A DNA stretch of 64,000 nucleotides from Eledone cirrhosa (taxonomy: Eukaryota), in assembly GCA_964016885.1 (NCBI GenBank), contig OZ024742.1:175274001-175338000 (forward strand), written 5' to 3'. The stretch's first letter is position 1. Each line of letters begins with the position of its first letter. Below, one piece after another: positions 40,441 to 53,724 of this stretch. The notes under the pieces were generated by a model that searched no databases, had not been told where the DNA came from, and saw only the letters and a program-made list of their open reading frames with translations. The position numbers were made by a program, and so were the translations under genes.

Positions 40441-40909
40441 AAGAATACCTTCTCAAATTGAAGTTTTTAACAAATCTGTTTATAGATATTTTCAGCTGAA
40501 TCATTGCAGGATTTTAAGAAAAGCATTTTCAACAGAATTTTACAGTTCTATATCATTTTAAATTTGCTTTCCATAATGGCAGGGATTAGTTGGGTCATCA
40601 ATGTTTGAGTCAGATCTTATGTCAGATCTTAGGTGAGATGCATATGAGGACTCTGAACTCATGCCAGAAATGGAAAGCTAGAGCAAGACAAAGGCAGGAT
40701 ACCCTAACAGCAAATACTTTACAAAGAGTGCTGCATGCATTTTATCATGGCCCCAACACTAAAGAGTCCTCTCAGCTTTCCTTTGTGTTCAATACAGATT
40801 ATGAATACTCATTTTAACCTGTTTGCTGCTACATTTCTAATGAAATACAATGTATTTTAATTAATTTATTAGAAAGTTGGAGATTTTTACTAAAACTATT
40901 TCATTGGGG

Positions 40910-41082
40910 AATTGGCAGTATTGGTAGAGGGTTGGACGCCATGCTTTCTAGCATAGTTATGTCCTTTTAGGGTCTGAGTTCAAATCCTGTCGAGGTTAAC
41001 TTTGCCTTTAATCCTTACGGGTCGATAAAATAAAGTACCAGTAATACACTGGTATAATTGCTAGCCTTGGGCCAAAAGTACA
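40910..41082 (+). mobile_element. SINE family B
   Basis: attggcagtattggtagag...gagttcaaatcc...ttgccttt.atccttacgggtcgataaaataaagtaccagt. Confidence 0.85.
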
Positions 41083-42592
41083 GTACTTGTAACAACTTAT
41101 GAAAAGGTATAGAATTGTGTTAGAAAGTTTCAATTTAAATAAGAACTATTCAAAATAGATGGATGAGTGTCACCGAACCAAATTCAGATCAGACAATGAT
41201 TGCATGGTTTAACAAATATACTTCTAATGAATGAAAATTAAAATAATTAATCTCAATTATGTATGCTTAGTTCTTGTGTAGTCAATAGCATCACTAAACA
41301 GATGTTTTAACAAATATATTTCTTCTTGTGACTGACTTTTGGCAATTTAGATTTTAAAATCCACATTTTAATAATGGTAACATGTCAAAACTGAATATAA
41401 ATAGTCATATTCACAACAGCATGCATTCCTGTCTTCTCCCACACTTTTTCTCATGATATATATATAGAGATTGTGTTTATTTGTATATATTCTATTGAAA
41501 AAAGTATCAAAATTGTTATTATGTATAATCGAGGATGAAATCTGAAAAAAATATACATATTCATAATCACTTCTTTTATATTTATATATCTCCTCTGAAT
41601 CTTTTTCACTGTCCTGAATAGATTAATCCAATCACCTCACAATAGTTGTATTTCAATATTTCTTTCTTTACACTTTCTTTACAATGTACCATTTATTCTG
41701 GGAACCATAACAATTTAGCGATTTCAATCCATTTAGCACTATAGGCTTGCCAATCACCAATATTTCAATATTTACGCATCTAATTGGCTTAGGTGTGACA
41801 CAAATGTTTGGCATCAGTTTATAAATACAAAGGAGATAATGAACTTTTTCATATCAGTAATGAGAAGTAAACTTGTTTATTGGAACATTTTAGCCTCTAA
41901 CTTGTTTTGAACGTCAGAAATCAATATCCCATATTATATTGATCTTTTATAGCTCTGTTAAAAAAGATAGAATAGCAAGCAAATTAGAACTAAAGTTAAA
42001 TGTTTCATAATTTCTTTTATTACTGCCCTAGCATATTAAAGTTAAACTGTCCTTTATAAATTCTCTGCTAATCAGTGAGCCATACAGTAATTTTCTCCTC
42101 CACCTAACCTTCTCTTATTTATAACTTATTCAGTCTATCTAATGCTTTTATTTTCATTACATGAGCTAGCAAAGTAGCCAATACATGATTGCTTGACCAG
42201 CTAGAAATAACAGCCAAATCTCCTTCACATCACATCTTACTGACTAAATGAAATAAATGAGATAGTAGATAATGTAATTCTAAATATGTTCTGATTGATT
42301 TGAATGTGAATACAGGATAGGGTTTCGTTGGAGATAAAGTTTTTGTAGGCATCTACAATTTTGGAGTTATAACCAGTGCAATAGTCATCACCACTGAATG
42401 TGGGTACGTTGCTCAATGAAACTGCCAAATATCAGGACAGAGGTTTCATAGATGGAGCCTTGTTGTAAGCTACTTCCAGATGGAGAGATCAGCATGTCAC
42501 AAGTCGTTGGCTAATATCAAGACAGACATGCCTTGAGTTTCATAGAAGATGAAGATTTCTTGTAAACTACTGACATTACTTATCTTTTCAAG

Positions 42593-42777
42593 GGCGGTGG
42601 ATTTGCAGTATCGGTAGAGGGTCGGATGCCATACTTTGATGTATAGAGATACGGCCCTTGCCATTCTGAGTTCAAATCCTGCCAAGGTTAACTTTGCCTT
42701 TCATCCTTACAGGGTCGATAAAATAAAGTACCAGTAATGCACTGGGTAATTGTGGCCTTGTGCCAAACGTAGAAACA
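42593..42777 (+). mobile_element. SINE family B, full length, with 18-bp TSD
   Basis: TSD attacttatcttttcaag at 42575-42592 and 42778-42795; B box GAGTTCAAATC; central gcctttcatcctt..gggtcgataaaat..gtaccag resembles the Deu/Nin SINE domain. Confidence 0.9.
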
Positions 42778-43506
42778 ATTACTTATCTTTTCAAGTTAGT
42801 ACTTAATTTATCAATCCATTTTTCGTCAAACTGCTAAGTCATAGGGCATGTAGACAGACATGCACACACATATATATAAAGAGAGATAGAGAGAGACACA
42901 CACACATATCTATATATATGTGTGTGTGTGTACAGGTGAGGAGATTGCATTTATATAGACATATGATGCATATAAAGGTTGACAGCTGTATAAAAAGGTG
43001 CGGAACCTTCAAAGTTAATGGAAGCTATACAGTGGGAAAACCTAGGAAGACTTGAGATGAGGTGACTTTATACAATGTCACCTCTCAAAGGTGATGACAC
43101 AGGACCGTGATCTCTGGTGTTATGCAGTAATACAGCAAACCTGCCTTCCCATATGTAGGGGCTGAGGGATACATCTAGTATGCACCACCTTCCCTCACAC
43201 CACCCCTCCCATATTGTAATCAACCAACCCCTATATCTACCTCCCCAATTCCCCATGCATCTCCCCCACCCACGTCCCCAACCCACACTATAGAGTGGTC
43301 ATCTTGGAGCCACAATGACTGCCCAGTCCACTCTGGGCACTCAAGAAGAACATGTTTTTGCCTGCAGCATATAACATAAACAAATATTCATCTGAAGAAA
43401 TCACTTCCATACCAGCAACGAATGTAAAATCTGCATCTTGGATTGCATAAGGGCAGTCATAGAAAAAATGATAATGAATAAATGCTTTATGTAATTGCAG
43501 CATATA

Positions 43507-43540
<34 letters not shown>

Positions 43541-43543
<3 letters not shown>

Positions 43544-43808
43544 TGTTAGGAAGGGCATCCAGCTGTAGAAAACCCGCCAGACAGTCCACGCTGTAATGTG
43601 GCCGTGTAGGCAACACGGTAAAAACCTCCCAGCCCCACACTGTAAATGTGGTTGGTGTTAGGAAGGGCATCCAACTGTAGAAAACCCGCCAGACAGTCCT
43701 ATGCGAGCAAGACAACCACTCTTGCCTCAAGTGGGAAAACCCCCGTCCAAACCCATGCAAGCGTGGAACACGGACGCTAAACCTGATGATGATGATGATG
43801 ATGATGAT
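43541..43808 (+). mobile_element. 3'UTR-only young copy of RTE subfamily 2
   Basis: Near-identical to the reverse complement of 58482-58705; 43541-43587 duplicates 43653-43699; preceded by (TA)n. Confidence 0.9.
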
Positions 43809-43811
43809 AGG

Positions 43812-44719
43812 GCAGGTAAAATTCCCAAGATCCATGGACGAGTTCTCTCCAGCGGTCTCTGTCCCTCATCATCACTGCCATGTCCTGCTTCTCCAAGAGA
43901 CCTGTGTCTGTCCTTAGGGCATCAACATATATCAATCTCGGTCTCCTTCTTCTAGTATTTCCATGTAGGGGATCCCACCAGAGCACTGAGTGCAGTCTCA
44001 ACTCTGAATGTTAGTGAACATGTCCAGCTAACCTCAGTCTCCTCTGTGTTACTTTTGAGCTGACTTTTGGGAGGCTCCTGTACAGGTCTGAGTTTTTAAT
44101 CCTCAGTGTATACTGATTAATGTTCAGAGTCATCCTCAGCATTCTCGTGTAGCACCCATCCACTATCTGAGTGAGTTTCTTGGTCACTTCCCAAGTCTCA
44201 GACCCATACAGTAGCACAAACTCCCCTGTAGCAATGAAGAGTAAGATCTTCAGGAAGGTTCGACTTCTACACCAGTCTCAAACTGTGACACACCACCCAA
44301 GCTTTGCTCTTCCCCTCAACCACATCCTCCTCTGTGCTCCCAGATACAGCAAGTCCTCAACCAACTCTAGCGCCTTCCCGCCTACATTTATAATCTTCTT
44401 TGGCTTCTTAATGTTATCTACAAGATACTTCGTCTTAATCTCATTCATTCTCAGCCTCACACTTATCGACACAGTCTCCACCTCCTGCATCAACTCCTCT
44501 GCTTCCTTCACTGTGTTTGTCACCAGAAATATGTCATCAGCACATTCGGCATCTGATATCTTTTAGGCTTAACTTTTTAGACATCACTACAAGGACAAAA
44601 ATGTAGGGAGCCAATGTATCTCCCTGGTGCACTCCAGCCAGTATCTCAAAAAACTCTGTCATCCCATCAGGTGTAATGTCTTGGACTTTGGTGTTGGTGT
44701 AGAGCAGTGATATCAGGTC

Positions 44720-44722
<3 letters not shown>
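43812..44722 (-). mobile_element. Degraded RT and C-terminal fragment of a distinct RTE family
   Basis: GVHQGDTLAPYIF, LYLG, LLYGSETW, RRLRLAGH and DRDRWR across ORFs 43777-44851. Confidence 0.85.
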
Positions 44723-44803
<81 letters not shown>

Positions 44804-45558
44804 GTCACTACCGTCTACCAAATTCCATTCACTAAGCATTGGTAAACCCAATGCTATAATAGAAGACTCTTATCCAAAGTGCTGTACAGTGGGTCTGAAC
44901 CCAGAGTCATGGCTGCAAAGTAAATTTCTTAAACATGTTGCGATGCCTGCGCCTATATATAACAATATAAAAATAAAACTAGTAGCATTGACTGAGCATA
45001 CATTTGAACCCTAAAATATGACTGCTGTAAATTTCCACACAATCACTTTTACATTTTAATCTACTTATGAGATTTGGAATCAAACTCCTTATGTCTCAGA
45101 TACTGAAGGAGTGCGTTAACTACTAAGCTAAAGACTAAGAATGCCTAATATCCTGGGTAAGAGAAGAAATCCTTTTAGTATTCCTTTGCAGTCTAAATCA
45201 AAGTTGCAGGTTTTTATATTTTGGAGTAAATTAGATTTTTAGAGTAGAGAGGAAAGAACTGCTATCATTCATTTTTTCCCCTAAGTACTTTAGTAGCATG
45301 AAAGTGAGGCATCTTCCTTCAGATATAACAATTATATATATACATACATACACATACACATTATATATATATGTATGTGTGTGTATAAAAATGTAATTGT
45401 ACCTGCAGTGGATGTTAAATGATGATGATTATGTGTATATTTATATGTATAAAGGAAGCTAAAAAGTTGACTGCAACTGCAATGACCAGCGGTTTCAGCT
45501 TGTATTCTGAAAGCAATATATATTATATGTATGTACATATATACGAATATATATGTTT

Positions 45559-45597
<39 letters not shown>

Positions 45598-45598
<1 letters not shown>

Positions 45599-45643
45599 TT
45601 TCAAAGGTCAAAATTCTCTTATTCTCAATAATTTTATGCTATA

Positions 45644-45700
<57 letters not shown>

Positions 45701-45773
45701 ATATATATACATATATATATACATATATATAGCATAAAATTATTGAGAATAAGGGAATTTTGACCTTTGAAAA
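45598..45773. repeat. Palindrome: ~43-bp unique inverted arms around a (TA)n core
   Basis: ttttcaaaggtcaaaattctcttattctcaataattttatgct / agcataaaattattgagaataagggaattttgacctttgaaaa (1 mismatch). Confidence 0.9.
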
Positions 45774-46019
45774 CTTACAATTACATCAACTAAATGTAAT
45801 TAATCTCACTGCTGTAAATTTTAATTAACTTTCCTAAGAACCTTTAATCTACCAAACTTACAATCCAATGATGGAGCTCTTAAGCATTTCCACTGCATTA
45901 ACTCTGTAACCATATGTCAAAACACCTTAAGGTAACTTGCTCAATACTGACAGAATCGCAACAACTAACAAACTAAACAAATATTATTAAACTTCATACA
46001 ATATGCTGGAAGCAACAGG

Positions 46020-46790
46020 ATATGTAATGCTATTTTCTGGGTTCGAATCTCGTTGAGATCTACTTTGCTTTTTCAACCCTTCAGGGTTGTTATATAATGT
46101 AGCAGTCAATTGATCTAATCGACTTTCCACTCTCCACAAAATACAGACCCTGTGCCTAGATTAGAAATCATTGTCATGCTTTATAGGATAGAGTTACAGC
46201 CCTTTACATTCTGAGTTCAAATCCCATTGAGGTTAGCTTTGCCTTTCATCCTTACAGGGTCGATAAAATAATGTACCAGTAAGTCACTTTAATCAACTTT
46301 TCCCTACCCTATAAATTGCTGGCCTTGTGTCTAAAGTAAAAACAATTATTATTATTATGGTGGTGGATAAGTGCAGTGGATTGGCAGTATCAGTAGAGAG
46401 CATCGGACATTATGCTTTGGAGCATAGAGTTAAGGCCGAGCTTAACTTTTCCTTTCATACTTACATGGTTGATATAATAAAGTACAAGTAATGCACTTGG
46501 GTTGATTTAATCAACTTTCCCCAAACCCCAAATTGCTGGCCTTGTGCCTGAGTTAGAAACCATTATTATTATTATCTTCATGAAGGGCGGTGGATTGGCA
46601 GTATCGGTAGAGAGTCGGACACCATACTTTGAAGCATAGAGTTACGTCCCTTTATGATCTGAGTTCAAATCCTGCCGAGGTTAACTTTGCCTTTCATCCT
46701 TACGGGGTCGATAAAATAAAGTACCAGTAATGTACGGGGTAATTGCTGGCCTTGTGCCTAAAATAGAAACAATTATTATCTTCATGAAAG
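46020..46790 (+). mobile_element. Head-to-tail cluster of four SINE B copies
   Basis: Units end in aaa(c/t)(c/a)att at ~46170, 46345, 46562 and 46775. The last copy (46586-46775) is flanked by duplicated attatcttcatgaa. Confidence 0.85.
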
Positions 46791-46922
46791 GACTCAGCTT
46801 TTTTTCTGCTAGAGATGATAGAAAGTGTCAGCTGCCCATAACCAGCAGACTAAAGTCACTCTTGCTTACTGTTCATGCTTGAAGAACCCTGCAGAGGACT
46901 CTTGAATTTCCAAGCAATGATA

Positions 46923-47262
46923 TGGAGGCACATGGCTTAGTGGTTAGAGCATTGGCCTTGCAATCGAAAGGTTGTGAGTTCAATTCTCAGACAGGGTGAT
47001 GTGTTGTTTCCTTGAGCAAGACACTTTATTTCACATTGCTCCAGTTTACTCAGCTGTAGAAATGAGATGATAGAGACTGGGGTCCATATCATTCCACTGC
47101 AAAGTGGTCGTGGAGGTTCCACGGCAAAAAAGCACCCAGCACTCACTGTAAATGAGGTTGGTGTTAGGAAGGGCATCCATCTGTAGAAATCAAGCCAGAA
47201 TCAGTTCCCGTCCCACCCTTGCAAGCAGGGAAAAAGTGGACGTAAAATGAAATGATGATGAT
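46923..47262 (+). mobile_element. tRNA-derived SINE family A
   Basis: Near-identical to 24942-25278. Confidence 0.92.
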
Positions 47263-47269
47263 TTTTGTG

Positions 47270-47700
47270 AATATTCTACTTTTATGTTTATTCCAATCTT
47301 TTTGAGTCATGTTGGTAGTTGGGTACTGATACTTCCAAGTGTGCCAATCACAATTGTTATCATATCCACTATCTTCATTGCCCACAATCTGTGTTTTTCC
47401 CAATTTAATTTATCATAGTTGTTCATTTTTTCTTTCTCTTCTATTCTGTTGTCATAAAGACATGCAATGTCAATTATGAGGCATGTTGTTTTTTTCCATT
47501 CCCTACAACAATGTCAGCTTTTTTTATGTGAAATCTGATGATCAAACTCAATAATTGTATCTATCCCTCAGGATTTTGTAGTTCTCATTCTCAATAACTC
47601 CAAGGGTTTGGCCAAACCACATCTTTGATCTTTCCAGGCCATAGTTTCCATAATGCTCCTGATGAAACATTCTTGCCACATTGTCATTTCACCTTTTGTA
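47270..47700 (-). mobile_element. R4/Dong-like LINE remnant (restriction-like endonuclease region)
   Basis: Minus strand translates ~IIDIACLYDNRIEEKEK..YDKLNWE..RLWAMKIVDMITIVIGTLG. Confidence 0.6.
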
Positions 47701-47717
47701 TTTATTATTATTATAAT

Positions 47718-48170
47718 GAGGCGGTGGTTTGGCAGTATCGGTAGAGAGTGGGACATCATGCTTTGCAGCATAGAGTTACGGTCTGAGTTCAAATCTCAGC
47801 AATGTCAAATTTGCCTTTCATCCTTACAGGGTCGATAAAATAAAGCATCAGTAACGTACTGGGTAAGATTTAATCGACTTGCCATTCCCCCAAATCACTG
47901 GCCTTGTGCCTATACTATAAATCATGAAATCATATTATTATTATTATGGGGTGGATTGGCAGTATCGGAAGAGGGTCAGACGCCATGCTTTCCAGCATAG
48001 TTAAGTCCCTTTATGATCTGAGTTCAAATCCTGCCGAGGTTGACTTTGCCTTTCATCCTTGCGGGGTCGATAAAATAAAGTACCAGTAATACACTGGGTA
48101 ATTGCTGGCCTTGTGCCTAAAGTAGAAACAATTATTATTGTGGGGTGGGTTGGCAGAATTATTAAAGCAT
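47718..48170 (+). mobile_element. Tandem SINE B copies separated by (ATT)n
   Basis: Copies at ~47718-47925 and ~47948-48135, and a third head at ~48140. Confidence 0.85.
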
Positions 48171-50054
48171 TGAACAAAATTTCATTTTTAAGCTGTTTGA
48201 ATCCTAACTTAATAATTTAATATAAACAGTTTAAAAAAAAAAGCTTTTGAGGTTACTCCGAAGGGTCTTTGGACTGATGTTACTCAATAGAATATGAAGC
48301 TCGGAGATCAGAGATTTACTCCAGGTAGAGGTGTTACTTCTCTGAATTGAGAGATCACAGCTCCAACACTATGAGCATGTGGTTAGAAGGTCTCAGGAAA
48401 GAATCGCTGGACACATTTTACAGGCAACACCAACTGGCAACAGACACAGAGGTAGACCTTGAGCAAGATGGTCGGATAGCATCCATAAGTTTAGCTGGTC
48501 TTGCTTGGGGATCTAGTCAGATGAGTTGGAGATGGTTGCTTCTGACAGGACCTGTTGGAAGGAGTGTTTAAAGGACTCTGACCTCATGACCCTCTGAGGA
48601 ATATGTGAGCAAAGAAAAAGATTATTATCATAAAATCACAGCCAGTTTCATGTGTTTTGATACCAAAATTGTTAATTAACTGGAGCTATCCACTATACAA
48701 AAGATGTGTGACCCTGGGCAATGAAAGAAATGATTGTAAGATAGATTTGGATATTTAGCCATTAATTTACAGAACACACCATACATCTTACTAATTAATT
48801 AATTCTATATATGAATATATTTGTAGTATCAGTAGTAATAGTAGTAGTCATTGTTCTATAAAAATATATTTGTACTCTTGTTCTAAAGTAATTTTAGAAC
48901 TTCTGTGTTCTCTCTGGGGAGTTATAATCATGAAAATATTTTAAGCAAAGCTAGAAATATATAGGATTAATTTAGCAGCTATTTCTAAAGGATGATCAGA
49001 TATGCCAAACAGTGGAACAAATTTTGGTGAATTCTAATATTAGCAACATCAGTGCATAATTGGAAAGTTTATTTTGATTTTCAATATTTAATTCATGGCT
49101 TTTTACATAGATTAATTATTAAAGAAGCAGTGGCGTGACAGAGATTTCTATGTACATGTCATCCTTCATTGGCAATATCCTCACACAATGTTCTCTATCT
49201 GAGAGACAGAAATCTTCTAAATGAAGACTGATAGCCCAAAGATGTAGAAATCCAATACCACATCTCAATTCTTTATGTATTGAAGAGAAATACATTATGA
49301 ATTGATAAATTCTAGCTTCACTAAGACAATTCACTGTTTCAGCTTCAACAAAGTGATTAATCATGTTTATCAACAAAGTAATTAATCATATTTTATAATT
49401 ATATTAATTATATTTTACTGTCTCTTTTGCAATACTATGGCATCAGACCTTTCCAAACCATGGGTTAAACAGGTCTGCTATAGATTATATCACCTCTTGT
49501 CTCAATACTTCATCATCTTATCTGTGAGGCTAATATACTAAACATTAGTTTTATAACATGTTCAGATATCTACCTAGGGTCAAATTATTCAGAAGCCCAG
49601 GAGCCCTTCAGGGATTAGATACTCCTATCAGTTCGGTTTTGTTTGCTGAGACAGTGTTACCAGCACCCTAGAGCTCAAATTCCAGAAAGCCTAAGTGTTG
49701 AGTCATGGGTTAATATGGTCCAGCTTCTATCCTAACCTTCATCTGGTATGGCAGTCACTACTGCCTGCAATTTATTTAGTCATCTCTCTTCATGATTATT
49801 AAAGATTGATTTATGTAAAGAGGGATAAGAAATATTCAATATATATAGAGGGTTGCTAAGCTTTTTGAGGGCTCATATTTTAATAGCTTTAATGGTTTAC
49901 TAACTTGTTTTGATTTTCATTTCCTTTTAGTTAAATGATGACAGATATCAAGCTAACTCAGCAAATGAAAAAAACATGCTGTGGTCATTGCCTTAAAGTC
50001 AGAGCATTGTGATTTGGAGATTTTTCATTTCCTGAAAGTTACATCGTCATTTGT

Positions 50055-50371
50055 AGTTCAAAGTTCACAAAGAGCTGCGCAAAGGGGGGCGTGTTGAGAA
50101 AGTTTTTCTGTGATAAGAAAACCTTTTATCAGGACCAAAAGGTCAACTGAAAGAAAGAATGACAGATGATTTTGCAGACACCATAGAAACGTTCCAAGTC
50201 TAGTAAAAATCAGAGCCTCTTTCATTTCAGATGTGCTTCTTACATACGTTCATTGCATTCTACAATGCACCAGATGCATTCAAGCATGGTACTGTACTAA
50301 GGAGGTTGTCATGCTTTTGAAACAACCTCATTTTCATTTTATATTCTCTTCTATTTACCTGTAAGGTGAGT
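50055..50371 (+). promoter_or_regulatory. Candidate regulatory motif cluster and non-coding exon
   Basis: DR1 AGTTCAAAGTTCA 50055-50067; GC box 50084-50093; GATA sites 50111 (+) and 50126 (-); AGGTCA 50140; acceptor tttcatttcag at 50230; donor AG|GTGAGT at 50365/50366. Confidence 0.25.
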
Positions 50372-52379
50372 TATACATTTTCATTAATTATATTAGAGGA
50401 TCATTATTGTGTGTTTGAATGTATGTGTGTGCATATGAATTCATTTCAGTCTGGAATTTAGTGTGTGTGTGTGAAAGAATATATCATATTTTGTAGTTTT
50501 CTTAAAACATAAATTTCAGTATATTATTTTTATGGTGCACCTGTTTTATATTCATTCAAGTTCAATTGAAAATCCAATAATGGGCAAAATTATTCTGTAT
50601 TAGAATTCTGCTATATACCCAGCAGAATATTGGCTAATAATTCATTTGATACTGACTTTTTTTTTAATTTGAAATCTTAATTCTAAAAGCTCATATTCAT
50701 ATACCAATGTATATAAACGTTATAGTAGTTCTATGAAATCAATCTAGTTTTTGATTATTTTATAATTTAATGGAAACACAAAGGGTGCATATTTTAGTTT
50801 GAAATATATTAAGGAAATGATTTACACCAGCTATCTGTAAGAACTCATTTATGTCAATGACCTGAATCTATCAAATATTTTGAGAAGAAATTCTAGATGT
50901 GGCAGCAAAGAGTAGAATCAAGACAGTTTAGTTGTTTTCTTACTGTGTATTTAATGAAAGAATTTGTATTTTATTTAAATATACATTACATGTTGGAATT
51001 GTTTTTGTTTTTTACTGACTCAAAGACTACAGATAATGACAAAAGCTGTAGAATTATCATGGCAATAAGGAAACAAAAAAGAAAGTAAAAGAAGAAATAT
51101 CATTAAAAAAAATGGAACTAAACAACAAAAGAAAGGGAGAGGGAGTGAGCGACAAAAAAATGCATTATTGCAGAGAATGGCCAATAGTATCTGACGCAAC
51201 AGCCAACCCACCCCATGGAACTCCTTCCTCAGGTGGGCTGCTGTCTTTCTTGTTTTACAAAGGCAGTGCAGGGACGTAGGCCACCTGAGATATCAAAAGT
51301 GACTGGTCAAGCCCCAGTATTTGTTTATCATCCTCTACTATGCATTGTAGATTTGCAGCTAAAGCAAGATGGTTGGAGACAGAGCAAAAATCACAAAATG
51401 TTGCACCCAAATTAAGTATTTAACTCCCTCAAATGGGAAGAGGATTATTCTGTTGGTGCACTAAACATTACCAAGGACAAGGTCAGCTGTCTCCAGTTGT
51501 GATGGGAAGCCAGCCACATAGAAGCTCCTTCTGATGATGATGTTCGTAGCAATTTGTCAGGGGAATCAAGCACATGCCAGCTGAACTTGTCAGCAAACCT
51601 CATCAAGAAGGGTACCAGTAGACGAGGAGGGCACCAAACTGAACCACATGCTTCTGTTTGGTTGTGAAGTGGAGAAGATGCGGCCGAGGCAGTGCTGGTC
51701 GAAACAAGAATTGATAAGCCTGAAGGTGGAATTTGCATTTGATGCTCTTCCATTTTCATTGGGCATTAGTATACTGGAGAAAGGTGAGACCTTCCTTGGT
51801 ACAATTGGTCAGAGCTGATTCCGATTCCTGGGAGACATCATGTTCTGCTATCTTGCAGAACATCTCACTGATGAGGTGTAGCTGGAAGAGATTGAGGACA
51901 GATATGCTGGCAGTGCCAGCTCAGAAGTAAATTGGGTTCAGAGGCTATTGATCTTCAGATAGCTTTGCCTGTTGCCAGCCAGCACTGGTAAAACTAAGTA
52001 GATGAGTTCAATACAGTATCTGATGGTGGTATTGTGTTAAACAAAATGATCTGCAAGAGGGTGACAAGGCACACCACACAGCATGTAGAGTAGTTTGGGA
52101 AGGGCAAACCATTCATCATGGAGAAGAGTGTTATAGGTGTGCATCAATGAGGTACAATCTCTCTGTTAATTAATGAAGAATTTACTAAAATTATAATTTC
52201 ATTCAGATGGTATTTGTAACAGCAAAATGTCCTTTTTAAAATTATGTTAGAAGGTTTCGATTTAAGTAGGAGCCCTTCAAAATGTATGGTTTTGTTTCAT
52301 AGAAGGGGAGGCAGCTTTGCACAGGTTGATTTTGAAAGGCTAAAGTAATCTTAGTTAAGAGAAATTTTAGCAGTAAAGA

Positions 52380-53700
52380 TAAACTCTAAAGACATCTGAG
52401 ATGTGGTCAAACAGAATATGTAGAAAAGGAATAAGTAGACATTCCATAGATGTACCCAATTTAAACTATTGGCAAACAAGAGGTATAAAGGTATTACAGG
52501 TAGAGATGGACAAAGAAGAAAGATTGTGTAACAGTTGCACAATAAACAGTAAGAGCACCTGTAAAATAAAATTACTTCAAATGCTCAAAAATCTCTATGG
52601 AAGTAGTTGATAGCTTTTAATACCTTGGTTACTTAATTATTTGTGGAGATTGAGTGCTCTGAAAGCATAGTAGCCAGAGTAAAAATGGAGTGGAAAGTTC
52701 AGATAGGTTTTACCTCAAAATAAAAAGATTCCAATGAATGAGTGAGCAACCACATGGTCACATGATTTGCTAAATATAGCAGACAAATCTCATTTTAAAT
52801 AAAGTACACATTGGATAATGTCCTAAATATTCTACAAAAATAGGATGGTCTGCTTAATCAGAGCAGATCTTGTACTAAACAACAACACAGAGATTTTAGC
52901 CTCGAATAAAGGACACATTGTATTAATATGCAAGGTTTCATGGTAGCAAAATATGGACATTTAAAGAAGTTTGGTGAAGGATTAAGAGAAATAAGGTGAG
53001 CATCCACAGCTGGATATGTATCATTAATGTACACAAAGAATGAAGTATAAATAATATGAGAGAAAATCTAAGCACAAGAACAATCATAAGAGCTACTAAA
53101 GGCCATGAAAACCCATGCCAATGAGGAAAGCAGATGCAAAACACAATGAAGGACAGCATGTTTATAGCTTGAACTGATTACAATTTGGGGGGACAGTATT
53201 GGATCATGCAGTGGTAGTGGACCAAATATTTAGAAAACCTTAATAAAAACAAGTGACATACGTAGATCTTATTACATCACATCAGGGAAGCATATTCACT
53301 TGCCAAGTTGGCTAGATTAGAATGTTTCTAATATATATATAAAGAAATGAAGCCTCCATGCTTTGCTCGATGTGAAATAGCAATATACGTGAACAGCAAA
53401 GTATAAATATGTACTGCGTGAGAAATTACGCATAAGAGGGATCAGTTGTTACATGCAGGAGAGGAGTTTGTGTTGGTATGGACATGTGATGGGTATGTAG
53501 AATGACAGCTGTATAAAATGGTGCAGAGCAGTCAAAGTTGATGGTAACTGTGGAGTGAGCAGGATTAGGAAGACTTGGAATGAGGTAATGAAAGCTGACC
53601 TTGCACAATTACATATCTCAAAGGCAATGACACAGGACCACGACCTCTTGTGCTATGCAGTATTACAGAAGACCTGCCCGTTATTATACTCAGGCTGATC
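52380..53700 (+). mobile_element. Several old degraded RTE fragments
   Basis: atatgtagaaaaggaataagtagacattcc (CRKG..R.SI), ttggttacttaatt, and tggtatggacatgtgatg (WYGHVM). Confidence 0.55.
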
Positions 53701-53724
53701 TTATATCTAGTATATATATATAGT

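Noticed and set aside
51190-52160. Higher-GC segment, possibly a decayed LINE 5'/endonuclease region
   Set aside because: No motif could be read with confidence; left unannotated.
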